Assembly: GCA_051313645.2 (NCBI GenBank)
Contig: JBNRSN020000089.1
Location: 2,418,001 to 2,482,000, forward strand
Reading direction: 5' to 3'
DNA from: Centroscyllium fabricii
Taxonomy: Eukaryota
Length of the DNA: 64,000 nucleotides
The translations under genes and the position numbers were made by a program. The notes below the pieces were generated by a model. The model made no database searches and was not told the DNA's origin. It was given only the letters and a program-made list of their open reading frames with translations. Shown here piece by piece: positions 32,301 through 48,100 of the stretch (the stretch's first letter is position 1; the number at the start of each line of letters is the position of its first letter).

Positions 32301-35300
32301 CTATGTACAATACATCAGACATTGCCCATCTGTGTACAATATATCAGACATTATCCATCTGTGTACAATACATCAGAAAATGTCCATCTGTGTACAATAC
32401 ATCAGACAATGTCCATCTGTGAACAATACATCAGATAATACCCATCGTATAGAATTCATCAGACATTGTCAATCTGCGTACAATACATCAGACAATATCC
32501 ATCTGTGTACAATACATCAGATATTGTCCGTCTGTGTACAATACGTCAGACAATGTCCATCTGTGAACAATACATCAGACAATGTCCATCTGTGTACAAT
32601 ACATCAGGCAATGTCCATCTGTGAACAATACAGCAGACAATATCCATCTGTGTACAATACATCAGACAATGCCCATCTGTGAACAATACCTCAGACAATG
32701 TCCATCTGTGAACAATACATCAGACATTGTCCATCTGTGTACAATACATCAGACATTGTCCATCTGTGTACAATACATCAGACATTGTCCATCTGTGTAC
32801 AATACATCAGAAAATATCCATCTGTGTACAATACATCCGACAATGTCCATCTGTGAACAATACATCAGACAATGTCCATCTTTGCACAATACATCAGACA
32901 ATGTCCATCTGTGTACATTACATCAGACAATGTCCATCTGTGTATAGTACGTCAGACAATGTCCTTCTTTGAACAGTACATCAGACTATGTCCATCTGTG
33001 TACAATAAATCAGACACTGTCCATCTGTGTACAATACATCAGAAAATGTCCACCTGTGAACAATACATAAGAAAATATCCATCTGAGTACAGTACATCAG
33101 AGTATGTCCATCTGTGTACAATACATCAGAAAATGTCCATCTGTGAACAATACATAAGACATTATCCATCAGTGTACAATACATCAGACATTATCTACCT
33201 GTGAACAATACATCAGACAATATCAATCTGTGTACAATACATCAGAGAAATGTCCATCTGTGTACAATACATCAGACAATATCCATCTGTGTCCAAAACA
33301 TCAGACAATATCCATCTGTGAACAATACATCAGAAAATGTCCAACTGTGCACAATACATAAGACATTATCAATCTGTGTACAATATATCAGACATTATCC
33401 ATCAGTGTACAATACATCCGACAATATCCATCTGTGAATAATACATCAGAAAATGTCCATCTGTGTACAATACATCAGACATTAGCCATCTGTGAACAAT
33501 ACATCAGACAATAACCATCTGTGTACAATACATCAGACAATATCCATCTGTGTACAATACATCATTAAATGTCCATCTGTGTACAAAACACCAGACAATA
33601 TCCATCTGTGTACAATACATCAGACATTATCCATCTGTGAACAATACATCAGACATTATCCATCTGTGTACAATACATCAGACATGGTCCATCTGTGAAC
33701 AATACATCAGTCATTATCCATCTGTGTACAATCCATCAGACAACATCCATCTGTGTAAAATACAACAGAGAATGTCCATCTGTGTACAGTACATCAGGCA
33801 ATATCTATCTGTGAACAATATATCAGACAATGTCCATCTGTGTACAATACATCAGACAATATCCATCTGTGTACATTACATCAGACAATGTCAATCTGTG
33901 AATAATACATCAGACAATGTCCATCTGTGTACAATACATCAGACAATGACCATCTTTGTACAATACATCAGACAATATGCATCTGTGTACAATACATCAG
34001 ACAATGTCCATCTGTGTACAATACATCAGACAATGTCCTTCTTTGATCAGTACATCAGACTATGTCCATCTGTGTGCAATAAATCAGACAATGTCCATCT
34101 GTATACAATACATCAGAAAATGTCCAACTGTGAACAATACATAAGAAAATATCCATCAGTGTACAGTACATCAGAGTATGTCCATCTGTGTACAATAAAT
34201 CAGAAAATGTCCATCTGTGAACAATACATAAGACATTATCCATCAGTGTACAATACATCAGACATTATCCATCTGTGTACAATACATCAGAAAATGTCCA
34301 TCTGTGAACAATACATAAGGCATTATCCATCAGTGTACAATACCTCAGACATTATCTACCTGTGAACAATACATCAGACAATATCCATCTGTGTACAATA
34401 CATCAGACAAATGTCCATCTGTGTACAATACATCAGACTATATCCATCTGTGTACAATATATCAGACAATGTCCATCTGTGTCCAATACATCAGACAATA
34501 TCCATCTGTGAACAATACATCCAAAATGTCCAACTGTGCACTGTACATAAGACATTATCAATCTGTGTAGAATACATCAGACATTATCCATCATTGTACA
34601 ATACATCCGACAATATCCATCTGTGAATAATACATCAGAAAATGTCCATCTGTGTACAAAATATCAGACATTATCCATCTGTGAACAATACATCAGACAA
34701 TAACGATCTGTGTACAATACATCAGACAATATCCATCTGTGTACAATACATCAGTATATGTCCAACTGTGTACAATACATCATACAATATCCATCTGTGT
34801 ACAATACATCAGACATTATCGATCTGTGAACAGTACATCAGACATTATCCATCTGTGTACAATCATCAGACATGGTCCATCTTTGAACAATAAATCAGTT
34901 TTTATCCATCTGTGTACAATCCATCAGACAACATCCATCTGTGTACAATACATCAGAGAATGTCCATCTGTGAACAATACATCAGACATTGTCCATCTGT
35001 TTACAATACATCAGACATTGTCCATCTGTGTACAATACATCAGACATTGTCCATCTGTGTACAATACATCAGACATTGTCCATCTGTGTACAATACATCA
35101 GAAAATATCCATCTGTGTACAATACATCCGACAATGTCCATCTGTGAACAATACATCAGACAATGTCCATCTTTGAACAATACATCAGACAATGTCCATC
35201 TGTGTACAATACATCTGGCAATGTCCATCTGTGTATAGTACGTCAGACAATATCCTTCTTTGAACAGTACATCAGACTATGTCCATCTGTGTACAATAAA

Positions 35301-36130
35301 TCAGACATTGTCCATCTGTGTACAATACATCAGAAAATGTCCACCTGTGAACAATACATAAGAAAATATCCATCTGTGTACAGTATATCAGATTATGTCC
35401 ATCTGTGTACAATACATCAGAAAATTTCCATCTGTGAACAACACATAAGACATTATCCATCTGTGTATAATACATCAGACATTATCCATCTGTGTACAAT
35501 ACATCAGAAAATGTCCATCTGTGAACAATACATAAGACATTATCCATCAGTGTACAATACATCAGACATTATCGACCTGTGAACAATACATCAGACAATA
35601 TCAATCTGTGAATAATACATCAGAAAATGTCCATCTGTGTACAATACATCAGACAATATCCATCTGTGTACAATACATCAGACATTATCGATCTGTGAAC
35701 AATACATCAGACATTATCCATCTGTGTACAATACATCAGACATGGTCCATCTGTGAACAATACATCAGTTTTTATCCATCTGTGTACAATCCATCAGACA
35801 ACATCCATCTGTGTACAATACATCAGAGAATGTCCATCTGTGTACAGTACATCAGACAATATCTATCTGTGAACAATATATCAGACAATGTCCATCTGTG
35901 TACAATACATCAGACAATATCCATCTGTGTACATTGCCTCAGACAATTTCAATCTGTGAACAATACATCAGACAATGTCCATCTGTGTACAATACATCAG
36001 ACAGTGTCCATCTGTGTACAATACATCAGACAATATGCATCTGTGTACAATACATCAGACAATGTCCGTCTGTGTACAATACATCAGAAAATTTCCTTCT
36101 GTGAACAATACATCAGACAATTTCCATCTG
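29400..36130 (+). repeat. 4031-bp (139-monomer) offset duplication
   Basis: ORF pairs 29519/33550, 30380/34411 and 30611/34642 differ by 4031 = 139x29. The rare variant CTTCTTTGATCAG is shared at ~30007 and ~34038. Confidence 0.8.
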
Positions 36131-39100
36131 TGTACAATACATCAGATAATACCCATCGTGTAGAATTCATCAGACATTGTCAATCTGCGTACAATACATC
36201 AGACAATATCCATCTGTGTACAATACATCAGACAATATCCATCTGTGTACATTACATCAGACAATGTCAATCTGTGAACAATACATCAGACAATGTCCAT
36301 CTGTGTACAATACATCGGACAATGTCCATCTTTGTACAATACATCAGACAATATGCATCTATGTACAATACATCAGACAATGTCCATCTGTGTACAATAC
36401 ATCAGATAATTTCCATCTGTGAACAATACATCAGACAATTTCCATCTGTGTACAATACATCAGACAATGTCCATCTGTGCACAATACATCAGACAATGTC
36501 CATCTGTGAACAATGCATCAGAGAATGAATGTCCATCTATGTACAATACATCAGACATTGCCCATCTGTGTACAAAATATCAGACATTATCCATCTGTGT
36601 ACAATACATCAGAAAGTGTCCACCTGTGAACAATACATAAGAAAATATCCATCTGTGTACAGTACATCAGAGTATGTCCATCTGTGTACAATACATCAGA
36701 AAATGTCCATCTGTGAAGAATACATAAGACATTAACCATCTGTGTATAATACATCAGACATTATCCATCTGTGTACAATACATCAGAAAATGTCCATCTG
36801 TGAACAATACATAAGACATTATCCATCAGTGTACAATACATCAGACATTATCTACCTGTGAACAATACATCAGACAATATCCATCTGTGTACACAACATC
36901 AGACAAATGTCCATCTGTGTACAATACATCAGACAATATCCATCTGTGTACAATACATCAGACAATGTCCATCTGTGTCCAATACCTCAGACAATATCCA
37001 TCTGTGAACAATATATCAGAAAATTTCCAACTGTGCACAATACATAAGACATTATCAATCTGTGTACAATACATCAGACATTATCCATCAGTGTACAATA
37101 CATCCAACAATATCCATCTGTGAATAATACATCAGAAAATGTCCATCTGTGTACAATACATCAGACATTATCCATCTGTGAACAATACATCAGACAATAA
37201 CCATCTGTGTACAATACATCAGACAATATCCATCTGTGTACAATACATCATTAAATGTCCATCTGTGTACAATACATCAGACAATATCCATCTGTGTACA
37301 ATACATCAGACATTATCCATCTGTGAACAATCCATCAGACATTATCCATCTGTGTACAATACATCAGACATTGTCCATCTGTGAACAATACATCAGTCAT
37401 TATCCATCTGTGTACAATCCATCAGACAACATCCATCTGTGTAAAATACATCAGAGAATGTCCATCTGTGTACAGTACATCAGACAATATCTATCTGTGA
37501 ACAATTTATCAGACAATGTCCATCTGTGTACAATACATCAGACAATATCCATCTGTGTACATTACATCAGTCAATGTCAATCTGTGAACAATACATCAGA
37601 CAATGTCCATCTGTGTAAAATACATCGGACAATGTCCATCTTTGTACAATACATCAGACAATATGCATCTATGTACAATACATCAGACAATGTCCATCTG
37701 TGTACAATACATCAGATAATTTCCATCTGTGAACAATACATCAGACAATTTCCATCTGTGTACAATACATCAGACAATGTCCATCTGTGCACAATACATC
37801 AGACAATGTCCATCTGTGAACAATGCATCAGAGAATGTCCATCTATGTACAATACATCAGACATTGCCCATCTGTGTACAAAATATCAGACATTATCCAT
37901 CTGTGTACAATACATCAGAAAATGTCCATCTGTGTACAATGCATCAGACAATGTCCATCTGTGAACAATGCATCAGACAATACCCATCGTGTAGAAAACA
38001 TCAGACATTGTCAATCTGTGTACAATCCATCAGACAACATCCATCTGTGTACAATACATCAGAGAATGTCCATCTGTGTACAGTACATCAGACAATATCT
38101 ATCTGTGAACATTATATCAGACAATGTCCATCTGTGTACAATACATCAGACAATATCCATCTGTGTACATTGCATCAGACAATTTCAATCTGTGAACAAT
38201 ACATCAGACAATGTCCATCTGTGTATAATACATCAGACAATGTCCATCTGTGTACAATACGTCAGACAATGTCCATCTGTGTACAATACATCAGACAATG
38301 TCCATCTGTGTACAATACATCAGACAATTTCCATCTGTGAACAATACATCAGACAATTTCCATCTGTGTACAATACATCAGACAATGTCCAACTGTGCAC
38401 AATACATCAGACAATGTCCATCTGTGAACAATGCATCAGACAATGTCCATCTATGTACAATACATAAGACATTGCCCATCTGTGTACAATATATCAGACA
38501 TTATCCATCTTTGTACAATACATCAGAAAATGTCCATCTGTGTACAATACATCAGACAATGTCCATCTGTGAACAATACATCAGATAATACCCATCGTGT
38601 AGAATTCATCAGACATTGTCAATCTGCGTAAAATACATCAGACAATATCCATCTGTGTACAATACATCAGATATTGTCCGTCTGTGTACAATACGTCAGA
38701 CAATGTCAATCTGTGAACAATACATCAGACAATGTCCATCTGTGTACAATACATCAGGCAATGTCCATCTGTGAACAATACAGCAGACAATATCCATCTG
38801 TGTACAATACATCAGACAATGCCCATCTGTGAACAATACCTCAGACAATGTCCATCTGTGAACAATACATCAGACATTGTCGATCTGTGTACAATACATC
38901 AGATATTGTCCATCTGTGTACAATACATCAGACATTGTCCATCTGTGTACAATACATCAGAAAATATCCATCTGTGTACAATACATCCGACAATGTCCAT
39001 CTGTGAACAATACATCAGACAATGTCCATCTTTGAACAATACATCAGACAATGTCCATCTGTGTACAATACATCAGACAATGTCCATCTGTGTATAGTAC

Positions 39101-42100
39101 GTCAGACAATGTCCTTCTTTGAACAGTACATCAGACTATGTCCATCTGTGTACAATAAATCAGACACTGTCCATCTGTGTACAATACATCAGAAAATGTC
39201 CACCTGTGAACAATACATAAGAAAATATCCATCTGTGTACAGTACATCAGAGTATGTCCATCTGTGCACAATACATCAGAAAATTTCCATCTGTGAACAA
39301 TACATAGGACATTATCCATCTGTGTATAATACATCAGACATTATCCATCTGTGTACAAAACATCAGAAAATGTCCATCTGTGAACAATACATAAGACATT
39401 ATCCATCAGTGTACAATACATCAGACATTATCTACCTGTGAACAATACATCAGACAATATCCATCTGTGTACAATACATCAGAAAAATGTCCATCTGTGT
39501 ACAATATTTCAGACAATATCCATCTGTGTACAATATATCAGACAATGTCCATCTGTGTCCAATACATCAGACAATATCAATCTGTGAACAATACATCAGA
39601 AAATGTCCAACTGTGCACAATACATAAGACATTATCAATCTGTGTACAATACATCAGACATTATCCATCAGTGTACAATACATCCGACAATATCCATCTG
39701 TGAATAATACATCAGAAAATGTCCATCTGTGTACAATACATCAGACATTATCCATCTGTGAACAATACATCAGACAATAACCATCTGTGTGCAATATATC
39801 AGACAATATCCATCTGTGTACAATACATCATTAAATGTCCATCTGTGTACAATACATCAGACAATATCCATCTGTGTACAATACATCAGACATTATCCAT
39901 CTGTGAACAATACATCAGACATTATCCATCTGTGTACAATACATCAGACATTGTCCATCTGTGAACAATACATCAGTCATTATCCATCTGTGTACAATCC
40001 ATCAGACAACATCCATCTGTGTAAAATACATCAGAGAATGTCCATCTGTGTACTGTACATCAGACAATATCTATCTGTGAACAATATATCAGACAATGTC
40101 CATCTGTGTACAATACATCAGACAATATCCATCTGTGTACATTACATCAGTCAATGTCAATCTGTGAACAATACATCAGACAATGTCCATCTGTGTACAA
40201 TACATCGGACAATGTCCATCTTTGTACAATACATCAGACAATATGCATCTATGTACAATACATCAGACAATGTCCATCTGTGTACAATACATCAGATAAT
40301 TTCCATCTGTGAACAATACATCAGACAATTTCCATCTGTGTACAATACTTCAGACAATGTCCATCTGTGCACAATAAATCAGACAATGTCCATCTGTGAA
40401 CAATGCATCAGAGAATGTCCATCTATGTACAATACATCAGACATTGCCCATCTGTGTACAAAATATCATACATTATCCATCTGTGTACAATACATCAGAA
40501 AATGTCCATCTGTGTACAATGCATCAGACAATGTCCATCTGTGAACAATGCATCAGACAATACCCATCGTGTAGAAAACATCAGACATTGTCATTTTGTG
40601 TACAATACATCAGACAATATCCATCTGTGTACAATACATCAGACATTGTCCGTCTGTGTACAATACATCAGACAATGTCCATCTGAGAACAATACATCAG
40701 ACAATGTCCATCTGTGTACAATACATCAGACAATGTCCATCTGTGAACAATACATCAGACAATATCCATCTGTGTACCATACATCAGACAATGCCCATCT
40801 GTGAAGAATACCTCAGACAATGTCCACCTGTGAACAATACATCAGACATTGTCCATCTGTGTACAATACATCAGACATTGTCCATCTGTGTACAATACAT
40901 CAGACATTGTCCATCTGTGTACAATACATCAGAAATTATCCATCTGTGTACAATACATCCGAAAATGTCCATCTGTGAACAATACATCAGACAATGTCCA
41001 TCTTTGAACAATACTTCAGACAATGTACATCTGTGTACAATACATCAGACAATGTCCATCTGTGTACAATACATCAGACAATATCCATCTGTGAACAATA
41101 CATCAGACAATGTCCATCTGTGTACAATACATCAGACAATGTCCATCTCTGAACAATACATCAGACAATATCCAACTGTGTACATTATATCAGCTAATAT
41201 CCATCTGTGTACAATACACCAGACAATGACCATCTGTGAACAATATATCTGACAATGTCCATCTGTGAACAACACATCAGAAAATATCTATCTGTGTACA
41301 ATACCTCAGACAATATCGATCTTTGTACAATACATCAGACAATGTCCATCTGTGGACAATACATCAGACAATGTCCATCTGTGTACAATACATCAGACAA
41401 TATCCATCTTTGAACTATACATCAGACATTATCCATCTGTGTACAAAACATCAGACATGGTCCATCTGTGCACAATATATCAGTCATTATCCATCTGTGT
41501 ACAATCCATCAGAAAACATCCATCTGTGTACAATACATCAGAGAATGTCCATCAATGTACACTACATCAGACAATATCTATCTGTGAACAATATATCAGA
41601 CAATGTCCATCTGTGTACAATACATCAGACAATGTCCATCTGTGTCCAATACATCAGACAATATCCATCTGTGAACAATACATCAGAAAATGTCCAACTG
41701 TGCACAATACATAAGACATTATCAATCTGTGTACAATACATCAGACATTATCCATCAGTGTACAATACATCCGACAATATCCATCTGTGAATAATACATC
41801 AGAAAATGTCCATCTGTGTACAATACATCAGACATTATCCATCTGTGAACAATACATCAGACAATAACCATCTGTGTACAATACATCAGACAATATCCAT
41901 CTGTGTACAATACATCATTAAATGTCTATCTGTGTACAATACATCAGACAATATCCATCTGTGTACAATACATCAGACATTATCCATCTGTAAACAATAC
42001 ATCAGACATTATCCATCTGTGTACAATACATCAGACATTGTCCATCTGTGAACAATACATCAGTCATTATCCATCTGTGTACAATCCATCAGACAACATC

Positions 42101-45100
42101 CATGTGAGTAAAACACATCAGAGAATGTCCATCTGTGTACAGTACATCAGACAATATCTATCTGTGAACAATATATCAGACAATGTCCATCTGTGTACAA
42201 TACATCAGACAATATCCATCTGTGTACATTACATCAGACAATGTCAATCTGTGAACAATACATCAGACAATGTCCATCTGTGTACAATACATCGGACAAT
42301 GTACATCTTTGTACAATACATCAGACAATATGCATCTATGTACAATATATCAGACAATGTCCATCTGTGTACAATACATCAGACAATTTCCATCTGTGAA
42401 CAATACATCAGACAATTTCCATCTGTGTACAATACATCAGACAATATCCATCTGTGCACAATACATCAGACAATGTCCATCTGTGAACAATGCATCAGAC
42501 AATGTCCATCTATGTACAATACATCAGACATTGCTCACCTGTGTACAAAATATCAGACATTATCCATCTGTGTACAATACATCAGAAAATGTCCATCTGT
42601 GTACAATGCATCAGACAATGTCCATCTGTGAACAATGCATCAGACAATACCCATCGTGTAGAAAACATCAGACATTGTCAATCTGTGTACAATACATCAG
42701 ACAATATCCATCTGTGTACAATACATCAGACATTGTCCGTCTGTGTACAATACATCAGACAATGTCCATCTGTGAACAATACATCAGACAATGTCCATCT
42801 GTGTACAATAAATCAGACAATGTCCATCTGTGAACAATACATCAGACAATATCCATCTGTGTACCATACATCAGACAATGCACATCTGTGAACAATACCT
42901 CAGACAATGTCCATCTGTGAACAATACATCAGACATTGTCCATCTGTGTTCAAAACATCAGACATTGTCCATCTGTGTACAATACATCAGACATTGTCCA
43001 TCTGTGTACAATACATCAGAAAATATCCATCTGTGTACAATACATCCGACAATGTCCATCTGTGAACAATACATCAGACAATGTCCATCTTTGAACAATA
43101 CATCAGACAATGTACATCTGTGTACAATACATCAGACAATGTCCATCTGTGAACAATACATCAGACAATGTCCATCTGTGTACAATACATCAGACAATGT
43201 CCATCTGTGAACAATACATCAGACAATATCCATCTGTGTACCATACATCAGACAATGCCCATCTGTGAACAATAACTCAGACAATGTCCATCTGTGAACA
43301 ATACATCAGACATTGTCCATCTGTGTACAATACATCAGACATTGTCCATCTGTTTACAATACATCAGACATTGTCCATCTGTGTACAATACATCAGAAAA
43401 TATCCATCTGTGTACAATACGTCCGACAATGTCCATCTGTGAACAATACATCAACAATGTCCATCTTTGAACAATACATCAGACAATGTACATCTGTGTA
43501 CAATACATCAGACAATGTCCATCTGTGTACAATACATCAGACAATATCCATCTGTGAACAATACATCAGACAATGTCCATCTGTGTACAATACATCAGAC
43601 ACTGTCCATCTGTGAACAATACATCAGACAATATCCATCTGTGCACAATATATCAGCTTATATCCATCTGTTTACAATACATCAGACAATGACCATCTGT
43701 GAACAATACATGTGACAATGTCCATCTGTGAACAATGCATCAGACAATATCCATCTGTGTACAATACTTCAGACAATATCGATCTTTGTACAATACATCA
43801 GACAATGTCCATCTGTGGACAATACATCAGACAATGTCCATCTGTGTACAATAAATCAGACAATATCCATCTTTGAACTATACATCAGACATTATCCATC
43901 TGTGTACAATACATCAGACATGGTCCATCTGTGAACAATACATCAGTCATTATCCATCTGTGTACAATCCATCAGAAAACATCCATCTGTGTACAATACA
44001 TCAGAGAATGTCCATCAGTGTACAGTACATCAGACAATATCTATCTGTGAACAATATATCAGACAATGTCCATCTGTGTACAATACATCAGACAATGTCC
44101 ATCTGTGTCCAATACATCAGACAATATCCATCTGTGAACAATACATCAGAAAATGTCCAACTGTGCACAATACATAAGACATTATCAATCTGTGTACAAT
44201 ATATCAGACATTATCCATCAGTGTACAATACATCTGACAATATCCATCTGTGAATAATACATCAGAAAATGTCCATCTGTGTACAATACATCAGACATTA
44301 TCCATCTGTGAACAATACATCAGACATTATCCATCTGTGTACAATACATCAGACATTGTCCATCTGTGAACAATACATCAGTCATTATCCATCTGTGTAC
44401 AATCCATCAGACAACATCCATCTTGTAAAATACATCAGAGAATGTCCATCTGTGTACAGTACATCAGACAATATCTATCTGTGAACAATATATCAGACAA
44501 TGTCCATCTTTGTACAATACATCAGACAATATCCATCTGTGTACATTACATCAGACAATGTCAATCTGTGAACAATACATCGGACAATTTCCATCTTTGT
44601 ACAATACATCGGACAATGTCCATCTTTGTACAATACATTAGACAATATGCATCTATGTACAATACATCAGACAATGTCCATCTGTGTACAATACATCAGA
44701 TAATTTCCATCTGTGAACAATACATCAGACAATTTCCATCTGTGTACAATACATCAGACAATGTCCATCTGTGCACAATACATCAGACAATGTCCATCTG
44801 TGAACAATGCATCAGAGAATGTCCATCTATGTACAAAACATCAGACATTGCCCATCTGTGTACAAAATATCAGACATTATCCATCTGTGTACAATACATC
44901 AGAAAATGTCCATCTGTGTACAATGCATCAGACAATGTCCATCTGTGAACAATGCATCAGACAATACCCATCGTGTAGAAAACATCAGACATTGTCAATC
45001 TGTGTACAATACATCAGACAATATCCATCTGTGTACAATACATCAGACATTGTCCGTCTGTGTACAATACATCAGACAATGTCCATCTGTGAACAATACA

Positions 45101-48100
45101 TCAGACAATGTCCATCTGTGTACAATACATCAGACAATGTCCATCTGTGAACAATATATCAGACAATATCCATCTGTGTACCATACATCAGACAATGCCC
45201 ATCTGTGAACAATACCTCAGACAATGTCCATCTGTGAACAATAAATCAGACATTGTCCATCTGTGTACAATACATCAGACATTGTCCATCTGTGTACAAT
45301 ACATCAGACATTGTCCATCTGTGTACAATACATCAGAAAATATCCATCTGTGTACAGTACATCCGACAATGTCCATCTGTGAACAATACATCAGACAATG
45401 TCCATCTTTGAACAATACATCAGACAATGTACATCTGTGTACAATACATCAGACAATGTCCATCTGTGTACAATACATCAGACAATATCCATCTGTGAAC
45501 AATACATCAGACAATGTCCATCTGTGTACAATACATCAGACACTGTCCATCTGTGAACAATCCATCAGACAATATCCATCTGTGTACATTATATCAGCTA
45601 ATATCCATCTGTGTACAATACACCAGACAATGGCCATCTGTGAACAATATATCTGACAATGTCCATCTGTGACAATACATCAGATAATATCTATCTGTGT
45701 ACAATACTTCAGACAATATCGATCTTTGTACAATACATCAGACAATGTCCATCTGTGGACAATACATCAGACAATGTCCATCTGTGTACAATACATCAGA
45801 CAATATCCATTTTTGAACTATACATCAGACATTATCCATCTGTGTACAATACATCTGACATGGTCCATCTGTGCAGAATACATCAGTCATTATCCATCTG
45901 TGTACAATCCATCAGAAAACATCCATCTGTGTACAATACATCAGAGAATGTCCATCAGTGTACAGTACATCAGACAATATCTATCTGTGAACAATATATC
46001 AGACAATGTCCATCTGTGTCCAGTACATCAGACAATGTCCATCTGTGTCCAATACATCAGACAATATCCATCTGTGAACAATACATTAGAAAATTTCCAA
46101 CTGTTCACAATACATAAGACAATATCAATCTGTGTACAATACATCAGACATTATCCATCAGTGTACAATACATCCGACAATATCCATCTGTGAATAATAC
46201 ATCAGAAAATGTCCATCTGTGTACAATACATCAGACATTATCCATCTGTGAACAATACATCGGACAATAACCATCTGTGTACAATACATCAGACAATATC
46301 CATCTGTGTACAATACATCATTAAATGTCTATCTGTGTACAATACATCAGACAATATCCATCTGTGTACAATACATCAGACATTATCCATCTGTGAACAA
46401 TAAATCAGTCATTATCCATCTGTGTACAATACATCAGACATTGTCCATCTGTGAACAATACATCAGTCATTATCCATCTGTGTACAATCCATCAGACAAC
46501 ATCCATGTGTGTAAAATTACTCAGAGAATGTCCATCTGTGTACAGTACATCAGACAATATCTATCTGTGAACAATATATCAGACAATGTCCATCTGTGTA
46601 CAATAAATCAGGCAATATCCATCTGTGTACATTACATCAGACAATGTCAATCTGTGAACAATACATCAGACAATGTCCATCTGTGTACAATACATCGGAC
46701 AATGTACATCATTGTACAATACATCAGACAATATGCATCTATGTACAATATATCAGACAATGTCCATCTGTGTACAATACATCAGACAATTTCCATCTGT
46801 GAACAATACATCAGACAATTTCCATCTGTGTACAATACATCAGACAATGTCCATCTGTGCACAATACATCAGACAATGTCCATCTGTGAACAATGCATCA
46901 GACAATGTCCATCTATGTACAATACATCAGATATTGCCCATCTGTGTACAAAATATCAGACATTATCCATCTGTGTACAATACATCAGAAAATGTCCATC
47001 TGTGTACAATGCATCAGACAATGTCCATCTGTGAACAATGCATCAGACAATACCCATCGTGTAGAAAACATCAGACATTGTCAATCTGTGTACAATACAT
47101 CAGACAATATCCATCTGTGTACAATACATCAGACATTATCCGTCTGTGTACAATACATCAGACAATGTCCATCTGTGAACAATACATCAGACAATGTCCA
47201 TCTGTGTACAATAAATCAGACAATGTCCATCTGTGAACAATACATCAGACAATATCCATCTGTGTACCATACATCAGACAATGCCCATCTGTGAACAATA
47301 CCTCAGACAATGTCCATCTGTGAACAATACATCAGACATTGTCCATCTGTGTACAATACATCAGACATTGTCCATCAGTGTACAATACATCAGACATTGT
47401 CCATCTGTGTACAATACATCAGAAAATATCCATCTGTGTACCATACATCCGACAATGTCCATCTGTGAACAATACATCAGACAATGTCCATCTTTGAACA
47501 ATACATCAGACAATGTACATCTGTGTACAATACATCAGACAATGTCCATCTGTTTACAATACATCAGACAATATCCATCTGTGAACAATACATCAGACAA
47601 TGTCCATCTGTGTACAATACATCAGACACTGTCCATGTTTGAACAATACATCAGACAATGTACATCTGTGTACAATACATCAGACAATGTCCATCTGTGT
47701 CCAATACATCAGACAATATCCATCTGTGAACAATACATCAGAAAATGTCCAACTGTGCACAATACATAAGACATTATCAATCTGTGTACAATACATCAGA
47801 TATTATCCATCAGTGTACAATACATCCGACAATATCCATCTGTGAATAATACATCAGAAAATGTCCATCTGTGTACAATACATCAGACATTATCCATCTG
47901 TGAACAATACATCAGACAATAACCATCTGTGTACAATACATCAGACAATATCCATCTGTGTACAATACATCATTAAATGTCTATATGTGTACAATACATC
48001 AGACAATATCCATCTGTGTACAATACATCAGACATTATCCTTCTGTGAACAATACATCAGTCATTATCCATCTGTGTACAATACATCAGACATTGTCCAT

